Positions 22,829 to 34,691 of a DNA stretch of 64,000 nt are shown here, one piece after another. Below the pieces are notes generated by a model that saw only the letters and a list, made by a program, of their open reading frames with translations, ran no database searches and had not been told where the DNA came from. The position numbers and the translations under genes were made by a program. Position 1 is the first letter of the stretch; each line of letters opens with the position of its first letter. Origin of the DNA: Isurus oxyrinchus (Eukaryota); contig JANJGN010000009.1 of NCBI GenBank assembly GCA_026770705.1, positions 32,736,001 through 32,800,000 of the forward strand. Direction: 5' to 3'.

Positions 22829-24735
22829 TGTGGTGATCATTACTTTAAGGCCACCCTTACTGAGTAAGGGTCATGTGGTCAGAACAGCCAATCAATATCG
22901 AGCGTGTGGAATCTCATAATGGGATGGAGTTCTCCTAGCCTGGGAAGTGTGTTGTATAGCCTTGCTTGAAGCAGGCAGCTAATCCAAGAGCTCTGTAAAT
23001 AAAGTTTGTTGTTTGACTAAAGAAGCCTCTTGGTAGTACATCTCTACATCTGGCAATGACTATGGGATAATCCTGGTGCTCCCTCTCACCATATAACTGT
23101 GAGTATCTCATTTTAAAAAAGCAAAGAAATAAAAAATATATACTCATCAGGATGCCTCTCTTCATGAAGATGGACCCATTTGACTTCCCCACAGCGGACT
23201 GGAGTCAATATATTGAGTTCCTTGGGTTTTATTTCCAGGCCAACAAAATAGGTGAGGAGGCAAAGCACAAAGCAATTCTCTTGAGCGTCTGTGGGAGTCA
23301 AATCTACTTCCTTATTCGCAGTCTCACAGCCCCAAGTGCCCCCAACTCCAAATCGTTCAGTGAGCTTGTGGATTTGGTGAAGGGCCGTTTTCAGCCCAAA
23401 CCATCAGTCATTATGCAAAGATTCAAATTTAATATGAGGATGAGTGCCCCAGGTGAATAGATTGTGATTTATATTGCTAAGTTGAAACAATTGTCAAAGA
23501 ATTGTGATTTGAAGGTGACCTTGAACGACATGCTATGCGATCGGTTAGTTTGTGGCGTGTGCAATGACGCCATTCAGCTTTGATTGTTTGCAGGAGTCAG
23601 TGTAACTTTTAAACAAGCAATGGAGATAGTGCAGGCCATAGCCTTAGCAAGAATACAACCATGGGCGTTGATCCTGACAGCATACAAGCATACTTTTATC
23701 GATAGACCTGGAAATCAAATTGCAAATGCTGATGCACTTAGTTGTTTGCACTTACAAGAAAACGATGAGGATGTCCCATTTCCACAAGAACTAGTATTAT
23801 TGTTAAATTTCTTAGATTCATAACCGGTATGTGCTAGACAGATCAGAGACTGGGCAAGTCGAGACCCAGTCTTATCCAAAGTAAGAGAGCAAGTGTAACT
23901 GATGAAACAAAACCATACTTTAACAGAGGACATGAAATAACCAGCCCGGATGGTATCTTATTGTGGGGAGCATGAGTGATTGTTCCTCCAAAAGAAAGAA
24001 AGCCATTGTTGATTGCACTACATAGTGCACATCCAAGAATTTCCCGAATGGAGACCATAGCACGCAGCTATCTATGGTGGCTTGGGATGGATGGTGAAAT
24101 AGAGAGCTTAGTGAAGAATTGTGTGCAGTGTCAGCAATTGCAAAAATTACCTTCAACAGCTCTGTTACACCCTTGGGAGTGGCCAGGAAGGCCATGGGTA
24201 TGATTACACATTAACTATGTGGGACCTTTCATGGGAACAATATTTCTGTTCATTGTTGATGCCCAATCAAAATGGATGGACACATATGAGGTGAAGTCAC
24301 CAACATCTTCTGCTACAATTAAGAAGCTACATCAAAGTTTTGCCATTAATGGATTACCAGAAATAGTCGTATCTGATAACAGCATGGTATTTATGAGTGC
24401 TGAGTTTCAACAGTTTATCAGTCTCAATGGTATCATTCATGTAAAGATTTCACCATACCACCCTTCCTCAAATCGACTGGCCAAAAGAGCGGTTCAAACA
24501 TTCAAGTCAGGAATATAAAAGTTAACTGGAGATTCCATAGCAACCAACTTAGCACACTTTCTTTTCCATTATAGGACCACCCCTCACACAACAACAAGGA
24601 CATCCACCCCAGTCCTGTAGAGGTGCAACCTGACCCCTTTGAATTGATGCCTTCTGCCCCAGGACTGGTACCAATGTTCCAAGAATCTGAAGGCCTCCTT
24701 CATGCGCCATGCCTCAAGCTACACATAGAGTGGAT
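22829..24735 (+). mobile_element. Gypsy LTR retrotransposon (K02A2.6-like), internally deleted, no 3' LTR
   Basis: 5' LTR TG...CA 22829-23048; decayed tRNA-Ser-type PBS tggcaatgactatgggat (23051-23068); gag MPLF..DPFD...WSQY; integrase LHSAHPRISRM...WWLGMD...CVQCQ, SDN, PYHPSSN. Confidence 0.9.
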
Positions 24736-24809
24736 CAATCTTCCTATTTCTATTTTTGCTAGTGCGTGACAATTGGTCATATAGTTAGAGGGACACTTTT
24801 CTATAAACA

Positions 24810-24920
24810 TGGGGCAAGGCGAGGAGGCAGGCCTCCATGAACTGCCATAAGTGGTACGTGGGTTAAACCCATGCTGTTGGCATAATTCCGTATTACACTC
24901 TAGCCATCCAAGCTAACTTA
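24810..24920 (-). mobile_element. Ancient tRNA-derived SINE head
   Basis: Minus strand agttagcttggatggctagagtg...gccaacagcatgggtttaacccacgtacc resembles degenerate A/B boxes. Confidence 0.4.
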
Positions 24921-27354
24921 CGCCCCAGAAGCAATTCAATTATTAAAGAAAATTTTTGTGTAGTTCACTGGAATAGTACAGATTAAATTACTTTACACTT
25001 CAACTTCAGCATTAAAAGCAATTTCCAAGTGAAATATTGTCAGCAGACAAGGCACCCTTGAATGTAAGCATTTTGTGTGTGCCGAACAAAGGAAAGTTGC
25101 TTATTCTTATACATTATTTTGCTTATCCAACTAAGGCTGGCATTGTCTTACATGGTAGTCTCTGGTCTATTGCAGAATTCCTCAGTGCATGCTATCCATA
25201 CACATTCAAGCCTATGTTTTTCTGCAACCCATGAACATCTTTACACATTGTCAGCAGGTCAGGTAAGTTGCAGTGACCTTGTTATTCTTTGGAATATTTC
25301 ATTGGCAGGAGTTCAAGTTCGAAAGCCTTGCTTGAATTTTGAACTACAACTTGAACGACTGATTGTTGCTAGGCTAGGGTAGCTTTCTCTTTCTCTCTCT
25401 GACTGACTGTTGCTAAGATAGGGTCATCCTCTCTCATGAATCAAGTAGATCTCTGACAGATTGGGTTTGAACACTTCAAGATTTGTCATTGTTCCCTTTC
25501 CCTAGCTACATCTTCCAACTATTTTAAAATTAGGAAATAAGATTCAATTTTAAACTCCTCCATTGTCCCCACTCTACTCCCTACACCTTAAACTCACATT
25601 TAATTTTAATGACTCCTAAAGTAATGTTAAAGTATAAAGAGCTAAAAATTCAATATAGCCCATTTGGGGGCACAAGGAGCATGATGCATGATCATCCCAC
25701 ACACAATTGACCTAATGCAAGCCGCAAAAATAAATTTCCTGCTGTCTGCTCATCTCCATGAATGAGGCATGCAGCCTGGTGTTAAACACTCTGCTGAGTG
25801 GTTGCACACTCAGTAGTATCCGAGGTTCATGTGAAGCTCACAAGAGTTAACACTAACCTGCACCCCTTAAAGCGGAGGTACATTCTGGTTGCAGCAAGTG
25901 TTGGAATCATCTCTGTGTTTCTCACAAAGAAGAAAGAGGGCCAATGGATCACTAGGCCAAAGAGAGTCCTTAGGAAGGAAGAGAAACGCCATTTTTCCGC
26001 AGGGGGCAGGGGGGGCCCTTCACACATACACTGTGAAGGGAATGGGAGGAGGTGACCATGGAGGTCAAAGCATCAGGATCTAGCTGGACTACATTTCAAT
26101 GACCTCAACTACATGTGAATGCATCTTCAAATGGCATGTCCTGCCCAGCACACCAGCAATCTCACACACCACTCAAAGCACCTACACTGCTATCACTCAC
26201 CCATTAACAATCTCATGCAATCAGGATTCATGCCTAACATATATAAGCTTTCCTTCACCAACACCCACTTAGCATGGGTGCAAGCCTTATACTCACCTCT
26301 CATTGCTTCCACCAACTATCAACTATTCAAGTGTGACAGGCACATCACCCAAACATACTGCAACACACTCATTGAAAGCTTTACCCTTATGGGACAAGAT
26401 GGCCCACACTGGGAGGAACAGCAGAGAATGGGCAGGGTGAATGTTGAGGGTTTTTTAAAAATGAATTATTAGAAATGCTGTTGAATAATGGTTGTTATGG
26501 AATGGTTTGCTTGTAGTGTTGCTTAATTCAGGATATTAGCCAAGGAAGCTGTGATAATTCATAGCACAGCAGGGGAATGGAAGGGTGGGAAATTGTGGAT
26601 CAGTGGTGCTGTGGGGATATTTACATGGGGACCAAAGATTAACAAGCTGATCACTGACAGCTTATCCAGAGCAATCATGCCCCGGGTGCCTCCTCCATCC
26701 CTCCTCCTTCACTTTCTCCCCTTCCTCATACTCCTCATCCTCTTTGCCTACCTCCTTCCCTTCCTCCTGTGTTTCCTCTTCTGTTTCCTCCTCTTTTTCC
26801 TCTTCCTTTCAAGGTGCTCACTGGAGACCTGGTGGCAAGGGCTGCACCCTCGTGATTTCCAGGCTGTGTTTAACACAACAGATCACCATACATTTAGACA
26901 CATTCTCCTGTGAGTACTAGAGGACTCCTCCTGAGCGGTCTAGGCAGCAGAACCATTGTTTTAGATGCCAATGGTTTGCTGCATGATACTCGTGGTGGCA
27001 ACATAGTTCATTGTATGAGTGCAGTCTACATGTGAATAGGCATGGAGGGGAGCAACATATCAGCAGGTAGCCCTTGTCATTAAGCAGCCACCAACTTGAT
27101 CAACATGCACTGCAAAAATGGTAGGAAGAGCAGACTGGTTCTAATAGAAAGCATTCTGATTGCTACCATGGTAGCAGGCAGTCACCAACACCATGCCGCA
27201 TGCATAGTCTCACACATTCTGAGCACGTTCAGGAAGCAAAATCTTTTGTGGTTCTGGTACATCTCCTGGTTGAGATGTGGCAACCAAGTTGCTGTGTGCA
27301 TTTAGTCGATGGCTTCTTGCACCATTTGTTACCACATGAGGAGGGGTAAAAATG

Positions 27355-27684
27355 TTCCCGATGGTGAGGGAGTCCAGAACCAGGGGGTCACAGTCTGAGG
27401 ATGAGGCGTAGACCATTTAGGACTGAGATGAGGAGAAATTTCTTCACCCAGAGAGAGGTGAGCCAGTGGAATTTGCTACCACAGAAAGTAGTTGAGGAGA
27501 AAACATTGTATGTTTTGAAGAAGGAGTTAGATATAGTTCTTGGGGTGAAAGGGATCAAAGGATATGGGGAGAAAGTGGGAGCAGGCTATTGATCATGGCT
27601 GATTGTCCAACTCATGATGAATGGTGGAGCAGGCTCTAAGGGCCGAATGGCCTACTCCTGCTCCTATTTTGTATGTTTCTATAT
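27355..27684 (+). mobile_element. CR1 3' fragment
   Basis: RPFRTEMRRNFFTQREVSQWNLLP; 8-bp TSD taaaaatg (27347-27354, 27685-27692). Confidence 0.88.
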
Positions 27685-27885
27685 TAAAAATGACCCTCTC
27701 ATTTTACTACTCCAGGTCTGACTCTAACAGGGTCTTCTTCTGAAGTTAGAGAGGATATGTTTTGCAAATACTGCAGGAGTCCCACTGTTTACACTTTTAG
27801 ATTATGAGAATTAGACTGGCTTTCTGAGTTTAAACAAAGAGCAACATAAGTTTATTAAAACTATTTCCAGAATTTAAAAACACTA

Positions 27886-28561
27886 GATCCCTGAAGGTAG
27901 TAGTGTAGATAAGGTGGTTAAGAGGGCATATAGGATACTTGCCTGTATTAGTCAAGGCATAGTATACATGAGCAGGGAGGTTATGCTGGAACTGTATAAA
28001 ACACTGGTTAGGTTACAACTGGAGCACTGCATGCAGTTCTGGTCACCACATTATAGGAAGGATGTGATTGCACTGGAGAGAGTGCAGAGGAGATTTACCA
28101 GGATGCTGCCTGGGCTGAAGGTTCTGAGCTAAGAGGAAAGATTGAATAGGCTGGGTTTGTTTTCCTTGGAGCAGCGAAGGTTGAGCAGGAACCTGATAGA
28201 GGCATATAAAAGTATGAAGGAAATAGATAGGGTGGATAGGAAGGCACTTTTTCCATTAGTAGGGGGTCAATAACCAGGGAACATAGATTTAAGGTAAGAG
28301 GTAGAAGGCTAAGAGGGGAGTTGAAGAGAATTTTTTTCACCCAGAGGGTGATGGGAGTCTGGAATTCACTACCTGAACAGGTGGCTGAGTCAGAAACTCT
28401 TGTAAGATTTAAGAAGTATTTAGATATTTACTTGCATTGCCATAGCCTCCAGGGCTATGGGCCAAGCGCTGGAAAATGGAATTAGTGTAGTCAGATCTTT
28501 GTTGACCGGCACAGACACGATGGGCTGAATGGCCTTCTTCTATGCTGTAGACATCTATGAG
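27886..28561 (+). mobile_element. CR1 3' fragment
   Basis: LYKTLVRLQLEHCMQFWSPHYRKDVIALERVQRRFTRM; segment is absent from the sister LTR at ~39010. Confidence 0.88.
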
Positions 28562-28610
28562 TAGACAAATCGCAACCACCATTCATACTTTACACGCATT
28601 CCCTGGCCCA

Positions 28611-28657
28611 CAGACAGACACACACGCACACGCACACACACACAAACACACACACAT
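28611..28657. repeat. (CA)n microsatellite
   Basis: Imperfect CA repeat inside the LTR. Confidence 0.85.
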
Positions 28658-30443
28658 ATTAGTGCAGATGGTAGAATAAGAGGATATACATAAAGATTTT
28701 TTATAGTTCACGAAGAAGATAAAACAAAGGAGTGTACAGTTAGCTGTTCACTGGCTGGTCTTGATGCAGTGATTCCATGCTGTGGCCGTTTTGTTCAGTT
28801 GCTTTTCTGGGTGTAGTTATATGGAACAGATCTTCATGTTTTATTCCCAAAGGATCTTGGTTTGCGGTAGATTTCTCTGCTCAAGATGGTTACATTGTAA
28901 ATCCAGGCACAATACTTTCAAGAGAGAGAGGGGGCAAGAGAGACAGAGAAGGCAAACATCTTCAGCCTGATTTCAGTACAGCATTCTGATCTCTGGTCTC
29001 TCTGGCTTAGTGAACAGTTCTTAAAGTGTCCTGCTGGCTGTATATTCCACAGGAATTTGATTAACCTATGTCTGCTGCCATCATTGATTTTAGAACAGGT
29101 AATTGCATTTTGATGTTTCATCTCAGAAACTTTTGAAAAGTTTTAAGATACTGTAAAGCCACAGGAGATAGGTTTTTCATGCTCTCCAAGGGGTTTGAGT
29201 GTCTGTTCTTTATCATCCCAGTTGAAGGAATGCAAGATTGTGTATTGTAGCTGGCTGGCAATCTTCCATTGTCTTAATAAGATTTCAGTTTATTTAAAAA
29301 AAAATATCCAGCCAGAAAAAGAACTAGAAATTGTATCTTTTTTTTAAAAAAAAAGCATGCTTATAATACTTACGCACCATGCGGAATGAAATGAGATTCA
29401 CTCTCACATCTTCCTTTTTACTCTGTTGGGTCTGTCCTGTTGAGGTTTGACTTGTTCCAATGTGGGTTTAAAACCCTACACAGAGCATCCGCAGTCACAT
29501 TAATTTTAACTGTAATGTAGCTAATTCTTAAGTGACATGGTAGGAAGAACAAACTCTAACAAAATAGTCTCGCATTTTTGGTTTTGAGTTTTTCCACAAA
29601 GGTTAAGGGATTGTGGTCTATACAGACTATGGTCTCTGTACAACCATTTTGAACATATATTTCAATGCATTTGAGAGCTAGTAATGGTCCTGAGGTTCCT
29701 TTCTCCACAAAGGAATAGCATTTCTGGTGTTTGTTCAATTTATTGGAGAAATACCTGATCGGTCTCCCTTTGCCTGATTCATCCCCCTGGAGTAAGACAG
29801 CCCCTACCCTGAGGTCACTAGCATTGAGAGCTACTTTAAATGTTTTGTTAAGTGTGGAGCTACAGGCACCAGGTTCATTTGCTAGAACTACTTTCAGCTT
29901 CTCAAAGGTTGTTTGCCATCTCTCTGTCCAAATTACTTTTGCTTTTTTCTGAAATAGGTCTGTTAGTGGGGCAGCAATAATACTGAAGTTAGGGACAAGC
30001 TTGCGGTAGACACCAGACATCCTTAACAATCTCATTATTTACCATTTTGTTGTGAGGATGGGAAATTCATTACTGCCTGTACCTTCACAGCTCTGGGCAG
30101 TGCTTGTCCTCAAACCACATGTCCTAGGTAGATCACCTGAGCCTTAGCACATTCACTATTTGTGAGGTTGACCACTAGGTCAGCTGACTGTAACCTTTTG
30201 ACAAGGGCATCCAGTTGTTCTAGGTGGCTTTCCCAGGTATCATGGTACATTAGTAGGTCATCCTGCTATGCTATACAGTTAGGCAGGCCTGTCACTACCT
30301 GGTTCATCAGCCTTTGGAAGGTGGCTGGGCCATTTCTGAGCTCAAACGGCATGACTCAACACTGGGATAATCCAAAACAAAAACAAAAACAGAATTACCT
30401 GGAAAAACTCAGCAGGTCTGGCAGCATCGCCGGAGAAGAAAAG

Positions 30444-30482
30444 AGTTGACATTTCGAGTCCTCATGACCCTTCGACAGAACT
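30444..30482 (-). ncRNA. Minimal hammerhead ribozyme-like motif in the Penelope 3' end
   Basis: Minus strand: agtt CTGTCGA a gggtc atgag gactc GAAAT GTC aact. Confidence 0.65.
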
Positions 30483-30857
30483 TGAGTTCGAGTCCAAGAA
30501 AGAGTTGAAATATAAGCTGGTTTAAGGTGTGTGTGTGGGGGGTGGAGATAGAGAGAGAGGTGGAGTGGGGGTGTGGTTGTAGGGACAAACAAGCAGTGAT
30601 AGAAGCAGATCATCAAAAGATGTCAACAACAATAATACAAAAGAACACATAGGTGTTAAAGTTAAAGTTGGTGATATTATCTAAACGAATGTGCTAATTA
30701 AGAATGGATGGTAGGGCATTCAAGGTATAGCTCTAGTGGGGGTGTTTTTTTTTTATTAAAAAATAATGGAAATAGGTGGGAAAAGGAAAATCTTTATAAT
30801 TTATTGGAAAAAAAAAGGAAGGGGGAAACAGAAAGGGGGTGGGATGGGGGAGGGAGC

Positions 30858-32088
30858 TCACGACCTAAAGTTGTTGAATTCAATATTCAGTCCGGAAGGC
30901 TGTAAAGTGCCTAGTCGGAAGATGAGGTGTTGTTCCTCCAGTTTGCGTTGGGCTTCACTGGAACAATGCAGCAAGCCAAGGACAGACATGTGGGCAAGAG
31001 AGCAGGGTGGAGTGTTAAAATGGCAAGCGACAGGGAGGTTTGGGTCATTCTTGCGGACAGACCGCAGGTGTTCTGCAAAGCGGTCGCCCAGTTTACGTTT
31101 GGTCTCTCCAATGTAGAGGAGACCACATTGGGAGCAACGAATGCAGTAGACTAAGTTGGGGGAAATGCAAGTGAAATGCTGCTTCACTTGAAAGGAGTGT
31201 TTGGGTCCTTGGACGGTGAGGAGAGAGGAAGTGAAGGGGCAGGTGTTGCATCTTTTGCGTGGGCATGGGGTGGTGCCATAGGAGGGGGTTGAGGAGTAGG
31301 GGGTGATGGAGGAGTGGACCAGGGTGTCCTGGAGGGAGCGATCCCTACGGAATGCCGACAGGGGGTGTGAAGGGAAGATGTGTTTGGTGGTGGCATCATG
31401 CTGGAGTTGGCGGAAATGGCGGAGGATGATCCTTTGAATGCGGAGGCTGGTGGGGTGATAAGTGAGGACAAGGGGGACCCTATCATGTTTCTGGGAGGGA
31501 GGAGAAAGCGTGAGGGCGGATGCGCGGGAGATGGGCTGGACACGGTTGAGGGCCCTGTCAACGACCGTGGGTGGAAAACCTCGGTTAAGGAAGAAGGAGG
31601 ACATGTCAGAGGAACTGTTTTTGAAGGTAGCATCATCGGAACAGATGCGACGGAGGTGAAGGAACTGAGAGAATGGGACGGAGTCCTTACAGGAAGCCGG
31701 GTGTGAGGAGCTGTAGTCGAGATAGCTGTGGGAGTCGGTGGGTTTGTAATGGATATTGGTGGACAGTCTATCACCAGAGATTGAGACAGAGAGTTCAAGG
31801 AAGGGAAGGGAAGTGTCAGAGATGGTCCACGTGAAAATGATGGAGGGGTGGAGATTGGAAGCAAAATTAATAAATTTTTCCAAGTCCCAACGAGAGCATG
31901 AAGCGGCACCAAAGTAATCATCGATGTACCGGAGAAAGAGTTGTGGAAGGGGCCGGAGTAGGACTGGAACAAGGAACGTTCCACATACCCCATAAAGAGA
32001 CAGGCATAGCTGGGGCCCATGCGGGTACCCATAGCCACACCTTTTATTTGGAGGAAGTGAGAGGAGTTGAAGGAGAAATTGTTCAGAT
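30858..32088 (-). pseudogene. Penelope RT and GIY-YIG endonuclease (one frameshift near 31950)
   Basis: KGVAMGTRMGPSYACLFM, FLRYIDD, SLPFLEL, NLVYCIRCSQCGLLYIGETKRKLGDRFAEH, GLN at the C-terminus. Confidence 0.92.
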
Positions 32089-32699
32089 GGATAATCCATC
32101 TGGAGTTATGAAGGCAGAGATCTCCTTTGTTCAAGAGGTATCGGGTGATACTCGCCAGTATCTCTTCAATAAATCTATCTTAGTGATGTATGCTACCTTA
32201 CCTACTCTGTCTATGCAATCTTTCAGGCGGGGGATCAGGTAGGGGTTGGCTTTGGTTACTGCACTAATCTTTCGGTAATCAATGCAGAGCCTTGTGGAGC
32301 CACCCGGCTTAGACAGAAGCACAACCGGGGAACTCCAGCTGCTGTTACTGGGCTTGATTAGTTCATGTTCCACCACATATTTGATCTCTTCCTGGATCTG
32401 TGTCAGCTTTTCTGGACCTAAAGAGTAGGAATTCTGTTTAATAGGAGGTGTCTCTCCTACATCCACGTCATGTAGCAATAAAGTGGTGCAGCCTGGCTCT
32501 TCGCTACAGATGCTGATAAATGTGGTCACTTCTTTGTTCTGCATTTAAGTGGGTGAGTATGGTATCTAATTTCTCTAAAATGTCTTTGTTTGCTAACCAG
32601 ACGGATGGTAGGGGGTTCAATTTGGGCTTCACCCAGGCCTCCCTGTAATTCATCCTCACTGTCCCTTTCACCCTCCTGCTCTTCTGCTACCTGACAGAC

Positions 32700-33070
32700 C
32701 GTTAACTGCCTGCCCCCTTCTCAGGCACGGGTCCCACACATTCCACTAGCAGTTTGCTGAAGGGTTCCCCAAAGGCAGGAATGGGAATCAGAGGTGCAGG
32801 CTTAATTGCACCCTGTGGTTTCCCCACTCCCTGACACGTGTGGTAGGTTTTGCAGAACATCGCCACATCTTTGTGGAGGTGAGGCCAGTTAAAATACTGA
32901 CTTATGCAGGCTTGAGTCTTTTGTACACTGACATCCCCAGCCATCAGGGGTTCGTGGGCTAGCTTCAGTATTCTTCCTCGGCGGCGCCACCACCTGGCGG
33001 CTCACTGCCCACTCCTCATCTGCAAGTCTATGAGGAGGTCTCCACTTTCTCATCAGTACCACATTTTAAA
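32700..33070 (-). pseudogene. Gypsy integrase N-terminal part (zinc-binding region and start of core)
   Basis: YFNWPHLHKDVAMFCKTYHTCQGVGKP...PLIPIPAFGEPFSKLLVECVGP; most of the core is deleted. Confidence 0.85.
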
Positions 33071-33179
33071 AATAATAGCACTCCATGACTACCTCCACTC
33101 CAGCTTTGGTTTGGGCAGTCTGTGCTATCTATTTTTAGCATCAGGTTGGCTTACTGAGCCGCAATCAAGGAAGACCTAT

Positions 33180-34690
33180 TTATTACATCCTCGGGTCTTC
33201 TAAACTTCTGATAAAGGTTTCAGATAACCAGATGGCAGGGTCATCCGCCTGGAGTGCCAGTTTAGCCTCCTCTGACTGGGTTTGTTTGGCCATAGACCGG
33301 ATTACTACACAGTCAGGAAAAATGCTCGGGACTTTCTCCTGAGGCTGCTCTATCTCTCTGACATCTGAAGCCATGGGGAGTGCTACTACCTTTGATCCCA
33401 CCAGGTCATTGCCCAGGAGTAGGTCGGTCCCCTCCACAGGTGAACCGGGGGCATAGTATTAGTCCTGTAATAAGGTCGCTGTCCAGGTTCACCAAGATAT
33501 GGGGATGTACTCTCCCTTGATACCCTTTACCAGCACATTTGTCTGCACTTAACTATCTGTGGGAAAGGTAATGTATTTTCCCCAATAAATCCTACAGGCT
33601 TTCCCTGTAACCTTCAATAATCAACATGCAAGTATCTGGCCTTAGGGAAATTGAAACACACAGGCTTCAGAGCCCCTCGCTCCTTTTCTCCATACCATCC
33701 TTTCTGGCCTGAGGAGAGGTCCCTGTGTTCCCAGTGGTCCCTTCCCTCCCATCGGTGCTCGGCTCCCTATCACCCTCCCACCTCCTATTCTCGTCAGGTT
33801 GTTAGGGGTAGGGATACCTTTGGGATGAGGGCTTGTGGACAAACTCATAATCGTCAGCCAGAGCAGCTACCTGCCTGGCCCTTGCCACTTTCTGTTCCTC
33901 TATGTGCACTTTTATAGGGAGGGGAAGTGAATTTTCAACTCTTTCTCGAAAGTTTTCATACATGGCTTTGACCATAAGCTCTTGCATCTACCAATCAAGT
34001 GCAACCTGCTCAAGCCATTCAAGTGCGATGTTTGTCTGGTCCTGCCATTTTTGGAGGGTATGGAATTTCTGACAGTACACCTCTGGCACCAGATCGTACA
34101 CATTTAAAATAGCCTTTTTTGCCACCTCATAGCTTGCCAAATCTCTTCAGGCAACAGGGACTAAACTTCATGAGTCTTGCCTGTGAGCTTACTTTGTAAC
34201 AGCAGGATCTAGCTTTCTACTACCACTGTACTTGCTGAGCTATTCTCTCAAAAGAGATGAAGAAGGTGTTCACTTCTTCCTCATTAAAGTTAGGGACTAA
34301 ATGGGCAAACTTGAATAACTTGGTACTCAGACCTGAGCTAGGGGTGCCTTCTATAAATACAGGGGATCTGTCCCTGTGCAGTTCGAGCATTCTCATCTCC
34401 CCATGGAAAGCTTGTTCTTTTTCCCTTTCCCCTCTCTCTTTTTCCGCTTTTATTTCTTTTCTCTCCCTTGCCGCTTTACTTTCTTCCTCTCTCTTTCTCT
34501 CTCTCTCCTTTTCTCTTTCTCTCTCTTTTTTGTCTGGCTTGGAATTCTAGCTCTATCCATTTCTGTTCTAGCTATGATTTTGTTAACACTAGGCTGTCAG
34601 TTTCTCCTGTTGCACAATCCAATTGGAACAGAAGGGATCTGTACCGTTGGGACGGTCTCTGCCTGAACTGATCTGGGAATAATGTTCTAG
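33180..34690 (-). pseudogene. Gypsy gag (SCAN-like) and protease remnants
   Basis: FNEEEVNTFFISFERIA near 34250-34290; NSLPLPIKVHIEEQKVARARQVAALADDY; GTDLLLGNDL protease C-terminal motif. Confidence 0.75.
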
Positions 34691-34691
34691 C

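Larger units (their letters stand above)
27327..29368 (-). repeat. 3' LTR of the Gmr1-type element (holds two CR1 inserts)
   Basis: tgttac..gaggaggggt, aatactgcaggag, taagtttatt, caaatcgcaac, ccagccagaaaaaga are all shared with 38180-39784. Confidence 0.85.
30375..32088 (-). mobile_element. Penelope-like retroelement, 5'-truncated, young
   Basis: 10-bp TSD ggataatcca (30365-30374, 32089-32098); RT and GIY-YIG ORF; 3' UTR with hammerhead motif and (tttttg)n end. Confidence 0.95.
29500..32544 (-). pseudogene. Gypsy RT and RNase H (split by the Penelope insertion)
   Basis: SSWSSPVVLL..PGGSTRLCIDYRK...IDLLKRYWRV (32131-32544); MPFELRNGPATFQRLMN near 30350; NASDLRVGAVLLQ...IDHNPL (29556-30035). 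Confidence 0.88.

Noticed and set aside
26551-26913. Hydrophobic membrane-protein-like ORF
   Set aside because: Antisense of the GAG/GAA-rich acidic tail of the Harbinger transposase.
34257-34671. Ser/Leu/Phe-rich ORFs
   Set aside because: Antisense of the Glu/Arg/Lys coiled-coil region of Gypsy gag.
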